Positions 1 to 11,522 of a stretch of 64,000 nucleotides of DNA are shown piece after piece. The DNA comes from Octopus sinensis (Eukaryota). Position numbers and translations under genes: made by a program. Location of the stretch: contig NC_043013.1 of assembly GCF_006345805.1 (NCBI RefSeq), forward strand, positions 57,102,001-57,166,000. The letters run 5' to 3'. Positions within the stretch are counted from its first letter, which is position 1, and every line of letters starts with the position of its first letter. Below the pieces are notes generated by a model, which saw nothing but the letters and a program-made list of their open reading frames with translations, did no database searches and was not told the origin of the DNA.

Positions 1-266
1 TGAAGATAGTTCCAATCATTGTTGGTTCCTTGGGAACAGTATCAGAAGGCGTAAAGAGGAATATAAAGGAAATTGGAATAGAGAGCCCTATTATAAAAGG
101 TTTGCCTCCTTGGCACGGCTAGAATAATCAGGAAAGTATTAGCTGAAAAGAATGGATAGCATGGTACCGTAGGCTGCAGGTAGCAAGCCCGCTACGCATG
201 TAAGACTCCAGGAGCTCCAACAAAACCTTTGATAAAGAGAAATAACAACAACAACAATACTAATAA
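1..266 (+). mobile_element. R4/Dong-clade non-LTR retrotransposon 3' fragment (end of RLE domain, 3' UTR, AAC/TAA tail)
   Basis: Translates KIVPIIVGSLGTVSEG...(frameshift)KVCLLGTARIIRKVL, the typical R4/Dong C-terminus; compare VPVIVGALG...IVLTSTAQILRKTL at 54100-54250. Confidence 0.8.
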
Positions 267-297
267 TCGACTACACATAATTATTAAAGCCGGTGGG

Positions 298-660
298 AAA
301 ATACTTGTAGACTAATTGATATGTGTTCCAACTGATAAAAATATATCTGTAAAGAAATTTGACAAATTGAGTCAAGAAAAGGAAAAAAACATAGAATCCC
401 TCAAATTTTTAAATTAGAAGAATTTGGAGCATGAGAACAGTAAAGGTCATGCTTATAATAATTTGTGCGTTGGGAACAGTAAACCAAGATATAGACTGAA
501 GGAAATTTAAATAGAATGCCCAGTAAGCTCCTTCAGAAAGTTTGTCTCTTAGGGACAAGGATTATAAGGAGGGTTCTAAGCACTTGAAAGAGTGCCGAAA
601 ACTTGTAGATACCTAAGGTTACAGGTAGTCACTCACTACCCACATAATTCCTACCAGGAA
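298..660 (+). mobile_element. Second, more decayed R4/Dong RLE fragment
   Basis: ENTCRLID..VPTDKNISVKKFDKLS matches the 54100-55023 ORF (ENTCRLIEVSVPTDKNVSVKEFDKLS); ends LLQKVCLLGTRIIRRVLST*; stops and frameshifts present. Confidence 0.65.
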
Positions 661-705
661 TAAGACCAAGCATGGGCCGGCTTCTCATCTTAAGTGATCG
701 GAAGT

Positions 706-1200
706 GTTTTGTCTTGGTATAAAAGATGGGCTACAGCAAATATTCTGCTCAATACCACAGATTTGCTTGTCAGTTGTTTTACCTTAACCAGTTGAGCATG
801 TCCCTTAGTGGCTGACGATATGTGCATCTCTGATCACGAGCAGAAGTAGTGGGGGAGCATCATAGCCATGTGTTGAGAGGAATTCTTTGGGGTTTGGATA
901 ATTCACCATTGGAAACATGGGTGTTCCGTTCAACATACTTAAGCAACCCTTATTCAGGAACCTTTTGAGTGGGATCGGCTACTCGACCTGAAGAAAATTC
1001 TAACTAGGCCCCACCTGCAAGGTCGTGTGCTGTTTATCTTGATATGAGATCACCATGTCACGCTCATATGGTTGTGATGCATGTGTTTAGTGTACCCTTT
1101 ATTAGGTGGGTTGTCATGATGTGTGTATTGGGCTTCATGTATTTGTACCCCTGTATCACTTTGATGGCATGTACTGCTCCCTTACTCACTAATAACAATG

Positions 1201-1242
<42 letters not shown>

Positions 1243-1258
1243 TAATAATAACAACAAC

Positions 1259-1293
<35 letters not shown>

Positions 1294-1360
1294 TAATAAT
1301 AGTGATAATAATAATAATAATGATAATAATAATAATAATAACAATAATAATAATAATAAG
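706..1360 (+). repeat. Unclassified ~480 bp interspersed repeat followed by a (TAA)n tract
   Basis: Collinear diverged second copy at 55937-56405. Confidence 0.7.
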
Positions 1361-1588
1361 CAGGAGGAGGGGGGATGAGGAAGAGAAGGAGAATGATGAT
1401 GATGAGTATACAATAACCCGCCACTCGAGTGTCTTAGTGTAAATAAAAGTCTACATTATACAGGATTGCCCGAGTGAGGCTGAAAACTGCTAGACAGCTT
1501 GAGTTATTCTAACTGGAGATTTTTAAAATCTTCCACTTCAGAAAGGAATGTTGTGTCCATGAATTATTGCAGAGTTTTTGAGAGTAAT

Positions 1589-1812
1589 GGGTGTGATGGG
1601 AGAGGTGTCTTCCAACAGAAAGGACTTTTCTATAGGACGCCACTCGGTTGTTTTAAATCAATGATGTTGAAAGACATTGACTAGATGAGATAATTAAGTT
1701 AGAACTGGTCAAAGAACTGACCAGTAAGTCGACAAAATTACCAGAGGTTTCAGGTGTAAGATGGTTAGAATGTGATGTGAGACGTTGCGAAGTGTGTTGC
1801 ATTGTATAGTTA
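1589..1812. repeat. Interspersed repeat segment, near-identical to 5006-5223
   Basis: About 220 bp direct match gggtgtgatgggagaggtgtcttcc...gcattgtatagtta with few differences. Confidence 0.85.
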
Positions 1813-2974
1813 GTGATCATCGTCCGATGCAAAGCAATTAGTGATTGTGATGGCTATAGAAAAGGTTTTGGTAATAAGAGATCTTAATAAGAGGTAGAAT
1901 AACATGTCTTGATACGAGATAGAAAACATCTTCCAATATCACCCGACTTTAAGGCCAGGAGCAGGAAAACCGTTCAGTTGAATCTATCATACAATAACAA
2001 CATGGCCAGCAGAAGAGCAAGGAAAAGTCTTTCGCTTGTAAACAACATTTCCTGCCAACACACAAATACGGCAATTCCTTCAATGCCAATCGGAGCACAA
2101 ACTACAAGCTTCTAAATCCACACCTCTCAACAGACAACGTGTGCCATTACAGCTCCACATATAGGCAACATGTATCTCTAGAAAATAATCCACCAAATTT
2201 ACTATCAATGATTATTTTCTCTCCAAATATAGAGCATCTGTAACGCCATCGAAAAAGAACTACAGAATATTCATGAAGAATGAAGCCAAAAGTTGATACG
2301 AGCAGATTCCAAAACCATTCAGCCAAAAGAGTAGTCAAAACTCCACCACTTTGTCATGATTCGACTTAAAACCTAAGGAAAGCGAAAAACAACATTCTTC
2401 AATCGCATGCGAGTCTGTTGATGTGACTGCGTGCAAAAAACAAGAAAAGAAAACGATTACGTTGCTTTTGACTTTGCATAAATTTACGTCAACAGTTGAC
2501 TTAAAATAACATAACTTAAAGAGTCTCACGAGTAAGAACAACGTGATCATCATTCGGATTCCTACATACACGCACACACACACGCACACACGTGCTAAAA
2601 GTTGTTTATAACTAAAATTAGTGATTAAAATCTTCATATTTTTAATTTCTGATTCAGTATGGTGAATAACTTTTTCTTATCTTTTTGTATTATTCCCAAG
2701 AGAAGCCATTATTTTGCTCTACTGTTTTTCAATTAGTTAAATATTCTACTTTCTTTAAGGGCGGAGAGGAGATGTACGCAGCGGTTAAAAGTTCGAACTC
2801 ACTCAAAGCTTTGAATTCAGTTATGCTTTTATAAAGTGGATTTTCTACCGTAGTCAGCTTTGAGTCTCGAAGAGTGAAACTTAAAATAGCAGTTCAATCC
2901 TATAAAATCGGACCTGACTACATGCTAGAAACATTGTTGGTCAACAATCTTTGGTTTCTTGTATTTCATAGATA

Positions 2975-3060
2975 TACATACATTCATTGCTATGTATGCC
3001 AGAGGGTTTGCAAATCTAATGGAGGCCTCAAAAGACATTTTAAGATCAGAACTTAGCTGC
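2975..3060 (+). mobile_element. Probable RTE-clade LINE 3' terminus with a C2H2-like remnant
   Basis: CYVCQRVCKSNGGLKRHFKIRT*; resembles the RTE terminal motif also seen at 41750-41788 (CNIFSRVCL). Confidence 0.45.
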
Positions 3061-3119
3061 GAATCGTGGTGGTCCAAATCGGCTATGCAATTTATGTTTT
3101 ATTTTTTTTAAATTTTATT

Positions 3120-3966
3120 TTATCTAGTTTCAGCTCAAGAGCTTTGGCCATGCTGGGGCACCGCCATTTGGTGTTGCTACATGATTTTATTTCACGAATG
3201 CTTTTTAGCAAATGCCATTTGGTGCATGAGAGAGTTCGATGCAGCTGCCCTCATCTGCACCTCCTGCCGTGAAGTTGGTTCATCTGGGACACCTGACAGG
3301 AAGAGATCCAGTTTTATTTTAAAGACATCTGCATCCTCCCCATGCAGGTCTCTCAGCTCCTTCGGGATGATATTGAAGAGCTGTGGACCTCTGAAGCCCA
3401 GGCTATCACAGTATTTGTCCTACATCTTGATGGCAAATTTGGAGTTCTTGGCACTATGCAGTGGCGCCCAGTTCTAGGATTTGTGTAACTCTCGATGCCA
3501 AAGTTTGGGACAAGTCCTTCTAGAATCTTCTAGATGTATATTATGGCATATCTTTCCCGCCTACGCTCTAAGGAATATAGTCTTAATCTCTTGAGTCTTT
3601 CCCAATAGCTTATATGCTGCACAGAAGCCATCTTCTTCGTGTAGCTTCGTTGGATCGCCTGAAGTTCTGTGATTAACCTGAAACTGGATGGTGACCATAA
3701 CTGAGAGCAATAGTCAAAGTGGCTTAGGACAAGTGTCCTCCAGAGGACCATCATGGTTTCTTGGTCTCTTGTTTTCAAGGTTCTAAGAATTCATCCGGTC
3801 AGCCGCCTACATTTCATTGCCAATTTAGCAACATGCCCATGAAAGGTTGCATCATTACTCATGTAAATACCCAGGTCTTGCACTGATTGTGCCTCTGGGA
3901 TTGCAATCCCTCCAGGTCAAGTGTATTTATTGGGTATTGCATGCTGATAGCATAAAGCTTGAAACT
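3120..3966 (-). mobile_element. 5'-truncated CR1/L2-group LINE (RT C-terminal region and 3' UTR)
   Basis: [75 protein letters not shown], with in-frame stops. Confidence 0.9.
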
Positions 3967-4042
3967 GAAGCAAAATAACACCAAATATATAGTGCGTGTG
4001 TTTTTATTGGCTAAACTGGCAAAGTGACCATTCTGAAATACA

Positions 4043-4121
<79 letters not shown>

Positions 4122-4216
4122 TGTGTGTATGTGTGTGTGTGTGCGTGTGTGTGTGTATATATATGTATATGGGTATATATATATACACACACATATACAT
4201 ACATACATATATATAA

Positions 4217-4305
<89 letters not shown>

Positions 4306-4310
4306 ATGTT

Positions 4311-4349
<39 letters not shown>

Positions 4350-4373
4350 ATATACATATATATATACACACAC

Positions 4374-4439
<66 letters not shown>

Positions 4440-4523
4440 CTTGTTGTATTTCAGAATGGTCATTTTGCCAGTTTAGCCAATAAAAACACACGCACTATAT
4501 ATTTGGTGTTATTTTGCTTCAGT
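3964..4523. repeat. 560 bp foldback: ~80 bp unique inverted arms plus mirrored microsatellites
   Basis: 3964-4043 is the reverse complement of 4444-4523 with 1 mismatch; internal (TA)/(TG)/(CA) blocks mirror around an (AG)n centre. Confidence 0.9.
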
Positions 4524-4779
4524 GTTATTTATTTCTTACATTAATTTTAATCTTATTTCGGTCAGAGTTCTTTCGTCACACTCCTGTGACCGCATCAGTG
4601 GTCCTTTGCTTTCTTCTTTCTTATTTGTGTCTCTCCTTACTAACCGTCAGCCATTTTGTATTTCTATTGTATGTGTCTTCATTTGCGCATGCGTATATCT
4701 CTATGTGCGTCTATGTTTAGTTAGTGTGTGTATGTGGGGGGGTGCCTGTAATATTTGTATCTTCTGTATATATACGTTC

Positions 4780-4838
<59 letters not shown>

Positions 4839-4859
4839 ATATATATATACGTATATATA

Positions 4860-5871
4860 CAGAGTGCAATGGGTAAAGTTTCACCATTTTATATCTTCTT
4901 TATTTCGTGCCTGCACATTTCTAGTTTTCGTTTTTGTTGACTACAGAGTATTGTAGGATAAGTTGGATACAGTGTGTGAGAGAAACAGCAGCATGACGCA
5001 AAAGTGGGTGTGATGGGAGAGGTGTCTTCCAACAGAAAGGACTTTTCTATAGGACGCCACTCGGTTGTTTTAAATCAATGATGTTGAAATACATTGACTA
5101 GATGAGATAATTAAGTTAGAACTGGTCAAAAACTGACCAGTAAGTCGACAAAATTACCAGAGGTTTCATGTGTAAGATGGTTAGAATGTGAGACGTTGTG
5201 AAGTATGTTGCATTGTATAGTTATATACAACCATTTCAGAGTGCTTGAGTGTCAACCTGAGGAAGTTCATGTATTGAGAGTGATCAAAATCAAATATCCA
5301 GTCAACATCATGGTGTTTGGAATGATTATATGTGATGGCGATTGTATGCCTCCGTCCATCTTCCCACACGGTCTCACACTCAACACGGAGGTGTATATCA
5401 AGTGTCTGGAGGAGGTAGTGCTCCTCTGTGTCAAGAGGGTGGCTGTTAGAAGACCCTGTATCTGGCAACAGGACTCTGCGCCATGCCACATACGCAGGAG
5501 AACCATGTCACTGCGGTCAGACAATTTCTGTAACCACATCGCCCCTAATATCTGCAATCCCCTTGATTATTATGTGTGGGCCGCAGTTGAGTGAGAGACC
5601 ATATAAACTCCTTGTAACACCAAAGAGGATCTGAAATAAAGATTATGACAGCATTCACCAACTTAAATAAGGAGACTATCTAGAAGAGTTGTAGGAGATT
5701 CCGAAGTTGTCCCGAAGTCGTGGTTGAAGCCGATGGCTGGCAGATTTTATTGCAATGGCTTTAGCATTTCAAGGATATTTCAATGTAATTTTGGTAAATA
5801 TATCTGTTAAAATTAGATGTGTTATTTTCATTTTTACGTAATTTAGACGACAATATATTCACCGCATCCTG
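4860..5871 (+). mobile_element. Internally deleted Tc1/mariner-superfamily element (maT/DD37D-like)
   Basis: KYPVNIMVFGMI..DGDCMPPSIFPHGL..WQQDSAPCH..NPLDYYVW; degenerate TIRs cagagtgcaatgggtaaa and (reverse complement) caggatgcggtgaatata. A deletion prevents measuring the D-D spacing. Confidence 0.7.
5006..5223. repeat. Copy of the 1589-1812 repeat, nested in the maT-like element
   Basis: Direct sequence match. Confidence 0.85.
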
Positions 5872-5954
5872 TTTTGTGTGTGAGGGAGTGGTGTATGTGT
5901 GTGCGTGTGTAGGCATACACACACACACATGTATGTATGTACATGTACATACGA

Positions 5955-6366
5955 AAGTGAGCGGATCGAAGAACTGGATTCTTCACGATGACAGTGAACC
6001 CTGTCACCAAGCGCTTGGCACTCGTGAGTTTCTCGCCAAAAAACAACATGGTATCGCTTCTGCACTCGCACTGTCCACTAGATATAGTATCTTCTGACTT
6101 CCATCTCTTCCCCAAGATGAATATGCAACTGAAAGGGTGGCTTTTTAATACTGCCGTCGAGATCTAGAGCAAATCGCAGAAGATCCTCAACTCCCTTACA
6201 GTAAATGACTTCAAGGCCATATTCCAAAAGTGGCAGGAATGCTGGTACAGGTGTATTGCTGCATAAGATGGGTATTTCAAAGGAAATTATGTTAAAAACT
6301 GAGGTAAATAAGTTATTTTTTATTAGACATAACTTGTTCGGGAACCTTTCGGTTGTACCTTTCGTA
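5955..6366 (+). mobile_element. Mariner transposase 3' fragment with 3' TIR
   Basis: WILHDDSEPCH..REFLAK, SDFHLFPKMNMQLKG, FQKWQECWYRCIAA; ends ttcggttgtacctttcgtata (TIR-like end plus TA). Confidence 0.8.
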
Positions 6367-7059
6367 TATATGTTTATGTATTTCAATTAAATTTTCATAC
6401 ACATTAATGATCTATTCTCACCTCAAAGAATATCTTAAAATCAAATTCATTAATGATGTAAACATTACCATCTGTGACCTTCTCGCTGGTATGGCGATAG
6501 AAAAAGAGCAGAATAGACAACATTTTTTTAAATGAATCATTCACTTTGACTACATTTCGATTTTCACTTTCTGATTTGCATTAAACAATAAGAAAAGAGA
6601 TTATAGGAAAGAAAGACTTATCTTGAATGCAGCATAGGAAAAATAAGAGGAATTGGCGAGGTTATCTCAGCCATTGCATTGATTAATCCTTATTTCTACC
6701 TGTAAAGAAGAAATTAAGATATGATCTTTATTGGGTGAGGTGAAATGACATGACACATGAAGCACTAAATAATTATATATACATACGTACGTACATTGAT
6801 ATAGACCACAAGGGCAGACCCTCACTGGTCCCAGTGGGGCAATGTAGATTCCAACTTCTAACAATAACATTTTAAACCACGAAAGTATTGATTCCTCTCT
6901 CAGAGATTGTGAAATTTAATACACTCACTCCTATATCTGTCTCTTATATATATCTATATCTATATCTGTCTCTTTGTCTCGCTCTTCCCCTCTCTCTCTT
7001 TCACTATTCATATATGTATATATATATACATACATACATATATATATATGAATGATTGA

Positions 7060-7408
7060 TTGATTGATTGATTCTAGTTACAGCTTATGAGCTGTGGCCA
7101 TGCTGGGGCACCGCCATTTGGTGTTGCTACCTGGTTTCACTTCACGAAGGCTTTCCAGCAACTGCTATTTGGTGCATGAGAGAGTTCGATGCAGCTGCCC
7201 TCATCTGCCCCTCCTGCCGTGAAGTTGGTTCATCTGGGACACCTGACAGGAAGAGATCCAGCTTCATTTTAAAGACATCTGTATCCACCCCATGCAGGTC
7301 TCTCAGGTTCTTCGGGAGGATATTGAAGAGCTGTGGGCCTCGGAAGCCCAGGCTATCACAGAATCTTGTCCTACATCTTGATGGCAAGTCTGGAGTCCTA
7401 GGCACCAC
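7060..7408 (-). mobile_element. CR1/L2-group LINE 3' fragment with (AATC)n tail, same family as 3120-3966
   Basis: [60 protein letters not shown]; collinear with 3146-3475. Confidence 0.9.
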
Positions 7409-7628
7409 ATATATATGTATGCATATATATATACACACACACACATATATATATATATATACACACACATATATATGTATATATATATACATACATACAC
7501 ACATATATATGTATATATATATATATATATACACACATATATGTATATATATATATGTACACACACATATATATATGTATATAGATATATATACACATAT
7601 ATATATATGTATATATATATATACACAC

Positions 7629-7659
<31 letters not shown>

Positions 7660-7671
7660 TATATTCTTATG

Positions 7672-7703
<32 letters not shown>

Positions 7704-7770
7704 TATATGTATATATATATATATACACACACACATATATAAACGTATATATATATACACACACATATAC
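7409..7770. repeat. Degenerate (TA)n/(CA)n microsatellite
   Basis: Direct inspection; similar tracts at 22520-22920, 24175-24350, 26140-26550, 40780-40915, 43300-43510 and elsewhere. Confidence 0.95.
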
Positions 7771-8343
7771 GTGTATGTTTGTGTGTATATCTACACATAA
7801 TTTATTGTCTATCCACCGAGGAACCTCTATAAGGATTTTATAAGTAATTACAAATGAACATTAATTTTGCTTTATAAAACTTGTCTTCCAATAAACTCAG
7901 ACGCCGCCGCCGCCACAATATCCACTTACCATTCCATAACACTATGCCTGTGTTATATTATCCAGCCATAAAGTCCAATAGAACTCGGCCATAACTTCTC
8001 GTTAGCTCAAAATAATGCTTCACTTCTGATTTCCAAATCTCTCCTACTATCTTATTTCATAGACATCATATTTAGTATAATTGGCAACATCTACAGCTGC
8101 TGCTGATGTTGCCGTTGTTGATGTAGTTCCTACAAATGTTACCGTTGCTCGTCTTGTCCTTGCTATAGTTACTATTGCTGCTGCTGCTGCTGCTGCTACT
8201 CATGCTGCTGCTGTTGCTACTATCATTCAGATTTGTTTTTCCGCTTAGTCTTATGTCTGTTGTTTTTTTCTTAAATTTCCTTCATTCTTCCTTCTATTTC
8301 TCCTTCTCTTTCTTTGCTTTCTCTTCCTCATCCTTTCCCCTTT

Positions 8344-8470
8344 TCTTCTTCTTCTTCTTCTTCTTCTTCTTCTTCTTCTTCTTCTTCTTCTTCTTCTTCT
8401 TCTTCTTCTTGTACCATGTTTTCTTAATGTTCTCTTCCGTTAGAGTGTCATAATGATGATGATGATGATG

Positions 8471-8517
<47 letters not shown>

Positions 8518-8520
8518 CTA
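8344..8520. repeat. (TTC)n, (TGA)n and (TAA)n microsatellites
   Basis: Direct inspection. Confidence 0.95.
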
Positions 8521-8978
8521 TTTTCAGCATTTCATGTAGTTGTGACCAAGCATAAATCCTCGCGTGACACTCACCACTGAGGGGTCAAGATGGGGGCCAC
8601 ATTGACTCTGGCTTTGACTCGTGCTTTGTTTTATCGTCCCCAAAAGATGAATGGGAATTTAACATCAGTTAAACCCTACAAAGAATTGATTATAATTATG
8701 GTGAAGATAGGTGTTGATGAACAGGATGATGATGATGATGATGATGATGGTGCCGATGACAGCAGTGGTAATGGTTGAAGCGTTGATGACAATGATGATA
8801 ATGATGATATTAGAGGTGGTAATGGTAGTGGTGGTGGTGGTGATGGTGGCGGTGGTGGCGGTGGTGTTGGTGGTGTTGGCGGTGGTGTTGTTGTTGGTGG
8901 TGGTGGTGTTACAGTTAATTCCCAGTTTAGAACTGAGCAAGCAGATCTATAACACAAAATTATATACAACACGTAACC

Positions 8979-9200
8979 ATTATTTACATTATTTACATTT
9001 GACGTTTATTTCTCCTCATCTTGTTTGTTGCTAACACAATGTTTCGGCTGATATACTCCCCAGCCTTCATCAGGTGTATTGGGGAAATTTAAAACCTGGG
9101 TTCTCATTACTAAGGTATTCTTCGATATTATTCAGGTCACTGCTTGGAATCGAACTTGGAATCTTGAGGTTAGTAACCCGTGCTCTTAATCACTACACCG
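8979..9200 (-). mobile_element. tRNA-headed SINE-like element with a hammerhead-like motif and a (TGTAAATAA)n tail
   Basis: Minus strand: GGTGTAGTGATTAAGAGC (A-box-like)..AGTTCGATTCC (B-box-like), then the HHR-like motif, then the short tandem tail. Confidence 0.7.
9034..9077 (-). ncRNA. Minimal type-I hammerhead ribozyme-like motif
   Basis: ACAC CUGAUGA A GGCUG-(10 nt)-CAGCC GAAAC AUU GUGU. Stems I and II are perfect; stem III reads ACAU rather than ACGU. Confidence 0.6.
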
Positions 9201-9986
9201 AAGAGACAGAGATGGAGAAGACAGTCATAACGCCCATTATAGTAAGATAGCAAATCTGCCAACTATGATGGGAAATAAAGGGATTGTTTCGCAAATCAAA
9301 ACCCTCTAAATTCATGAACTATACGGTGGGGAAATCCAGAGTTAATCCTCGTTTCCAGAATTTTAACAAAAAAAAAAAAAACGAAAGGTGATCTATAAAT
9401 ACAAAATTCAATATCCGCGAAATAATCATATTTTTTCGCATTTTCTTCTCTAAAAACCTTCCTGATTACCTCCCTTGAAATCCCCAAAAATATGGCCGCG
9501 GCCTTCGGGCTAAAACATTTTAAAGGATTTTTTAAGGATTTATTAAGTCCAGCCGTTTAACTGTGAAGAGGGAACAGACAGGCGGACATAACGCCCATTA
9601 TAATATGATTTCAAGTTAGCATAAAAAAATTATGCTTCTAAATACCGTAAAGCATATTTTCTGACGAAATTATTATTCTGCCATTTCATCTAACAATATA
9701 ACCTGATGAGTTTTTATATAAAATACTGGTGTGTTCAGCTTATATATTAAAAACACAAACGTGCAACACATGAGCAGAAGTGTTTTATCTGAGAGAAACA
9801 TCGGAAAGAGAAAAGACACAGAACTTCACTCAGGACTTCACTGGATTTCCAGAATCAATGTATCGACATGATTTAGTCTCCTCAGTGGTGTTCTGACTTA
9901 AACTTTGTCCGGTAAACAAGGCATTCACTTAATTTGTACAGAAGCTATCAAGGTTAGAATTTTGTATAATTATATGTACATGAAAT

Positions 9987-10375
9987 AGGGCAGTGAGCTG
10001 GCAGAATCGCTAGAACACTGGGCCAAATATAGTAGTAGCATTACGTCCATCTTTACATTTTGAGTTCAAATCCCATCGGGGCCAGGTTCGATAAAATAGG
10101 TACCAGCTGAACACTGGGGGTGAAGTAATCAATTTGCTCCCCTAACCATATATTGTTGGTCTTTTGCCAAAATATGAAACAAAGGTGGCGATGTCGCAGA
10201 ATCGTTAGCACAGGTAAAATGTTTTGCAGCATTTCGTCCGTTCCTACAGTTCAAATTCTGCCAGAGGTCAATCTTTTCGAGGTCCATAAAATACGTACCA
10301 GTTGTGCACTGGGGATGATGTAATCCACTTAACACCTTCTCTGGAGCTGTTGGTTTTGTGCCAAATTTTGAAACT
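9987..10375 (+). mobile_element. Two tandem decayed tRNA-derived SINEs (family with the ggtcgataaaataagtaccag central domain)
   Basis: ggcagtgagctggcagaatcg..gagttcaaatc..gataaaataggtaccagc..; a second head starts near 10183; homologous to 40918-41150. Confidence 0.65.
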
Positions 10376-10455
10376 AAAATATGCACATGGAACAGCATAA
10401 GATTAAAATTCTTGTATATATAATATTTATGAGCATATAAATGTTGAAAATCACT

Positions 10456-10563
10456 ATCTATCTATCTATATACCTATCTGTCTGTCTGTCTATCTATCGA
10501 TCTATATGTCTGTCTATCTATCGATCTATCTGTCTGTCTATCTATCTATCTATCTATCTATCC

Positions 10564-10628
<65 letters not shown>

Positions 10629-10638
10629 CCTATCTATG
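10456..10638. repeat. (TATC)n microsatellite
   Basis: Direct inspection. Confidence 0.95.
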
Positions 10639-11181
10639 TAACTTGCTAGCTACGTTCCACGTTTCGATACGCACAAATGTTAAACACACTGGTACTTTAA
10701 TCTAAGGTTGTTTTAAGTGTGTATATTTTTGTCGTTACCTAGTTCTCGCTTCCGTGCACTTAGTGGTGCTCGGAGTGAGTAGAACAACAGAAAGATGTCA
10801 AAGCTCTTTGATTTTTTGGCAAAATTTACCTGCAATAACTTTAGGTTTCATTGAGAATGAGATAAATCAGTGTGAAGAATCGATAATATTTATTTCTGTG
10901 ATTCCTGAAGTGGTTTTAACATTTTAAACTTTGATAAGCAGGCAGATGGGATTCTTTGAAATAGAAGATCGGATTCATGATGTGAAATTCTAATCCCTGT
11001 TTAGGAAAATATCAAAGAAGATATCGAAGTTGAATGAGTGAATCCCTGAGTATTTATTTGATATCAGTTCTGTTTTGTGTCATTCTATGTATTCTTTAAT
11101 GAGATAACAATGACTTCTCGACACGTAAAACAATAATTTTGTAATCTGAAGAAAAATAAATATCTTGTGCTATTTTACTTG

Positions 11182-11201
11182 CACTTCCTGTCACGTGACA
11201 G
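11182..11201. promoter_or_regulatory. Candidate ETS site overlapping a palindromic E-box
   Basis: CACTTCCTG overlaps the perfect 14 bp palindrome CTGTCACGTGACAG. Motif match only. Confidence 0.3.
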
Positions 11202-11354
11202 CTACTTCCCCTATAGAATGAAAGGTATGACTTCATGGGTATTCTCTGCTTTCGTTAATTAACAATTTTATTTTTGTTTTTGTTTTTATATTTATCGCAT
11301 TGTTGGAGAGAGTCAGTGAGAGACGCGGGGAAAGAAAAAGACAAGGAAAAGAAA

Positions 11355-11522
11355 CAAAGAGAGGGTGAGAGACAGAAAGAATGGGGGAAGAGAGAAGAAA
11401 AGGAGAACAAAGAGAGGGTGAGAGACAGAAAGAATGGGGGAAGAGAGAAGAAAAGGAGAACAAAGAGAGGGTGAGAGACAGAAAGAATGGGGGAAGAGAG
11501 AAGAAAAGGAGAACAAAGAGAG
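11355..11522 (+). repeat. 53 bp purine-rich minisatellite, 3 identical copies plus a partial copy
   Basis: Units start at 11355, 11408, 11461 and 11514. Confidence 0.95.

Noticed and set aside
2975-3060. Host C2H2 zinc-finger gene
   Set aside because: Single finger lacking the second His; fits an RTE terminus better.
9140-9200. Functional tRNA gene (also tRNA-like heads near 2770 and 12075)
   Set aside because: No complete cloverleaf; these are decayed SINE heads.
9703-9712. CTGATGAG core word
   Set aside because: No stem II or GAAA downstream.
11212-11230. 8 nt micro-exon (tatag|AATGAAAG|gtatga)
   Set aside because: Expected by chance at this length.
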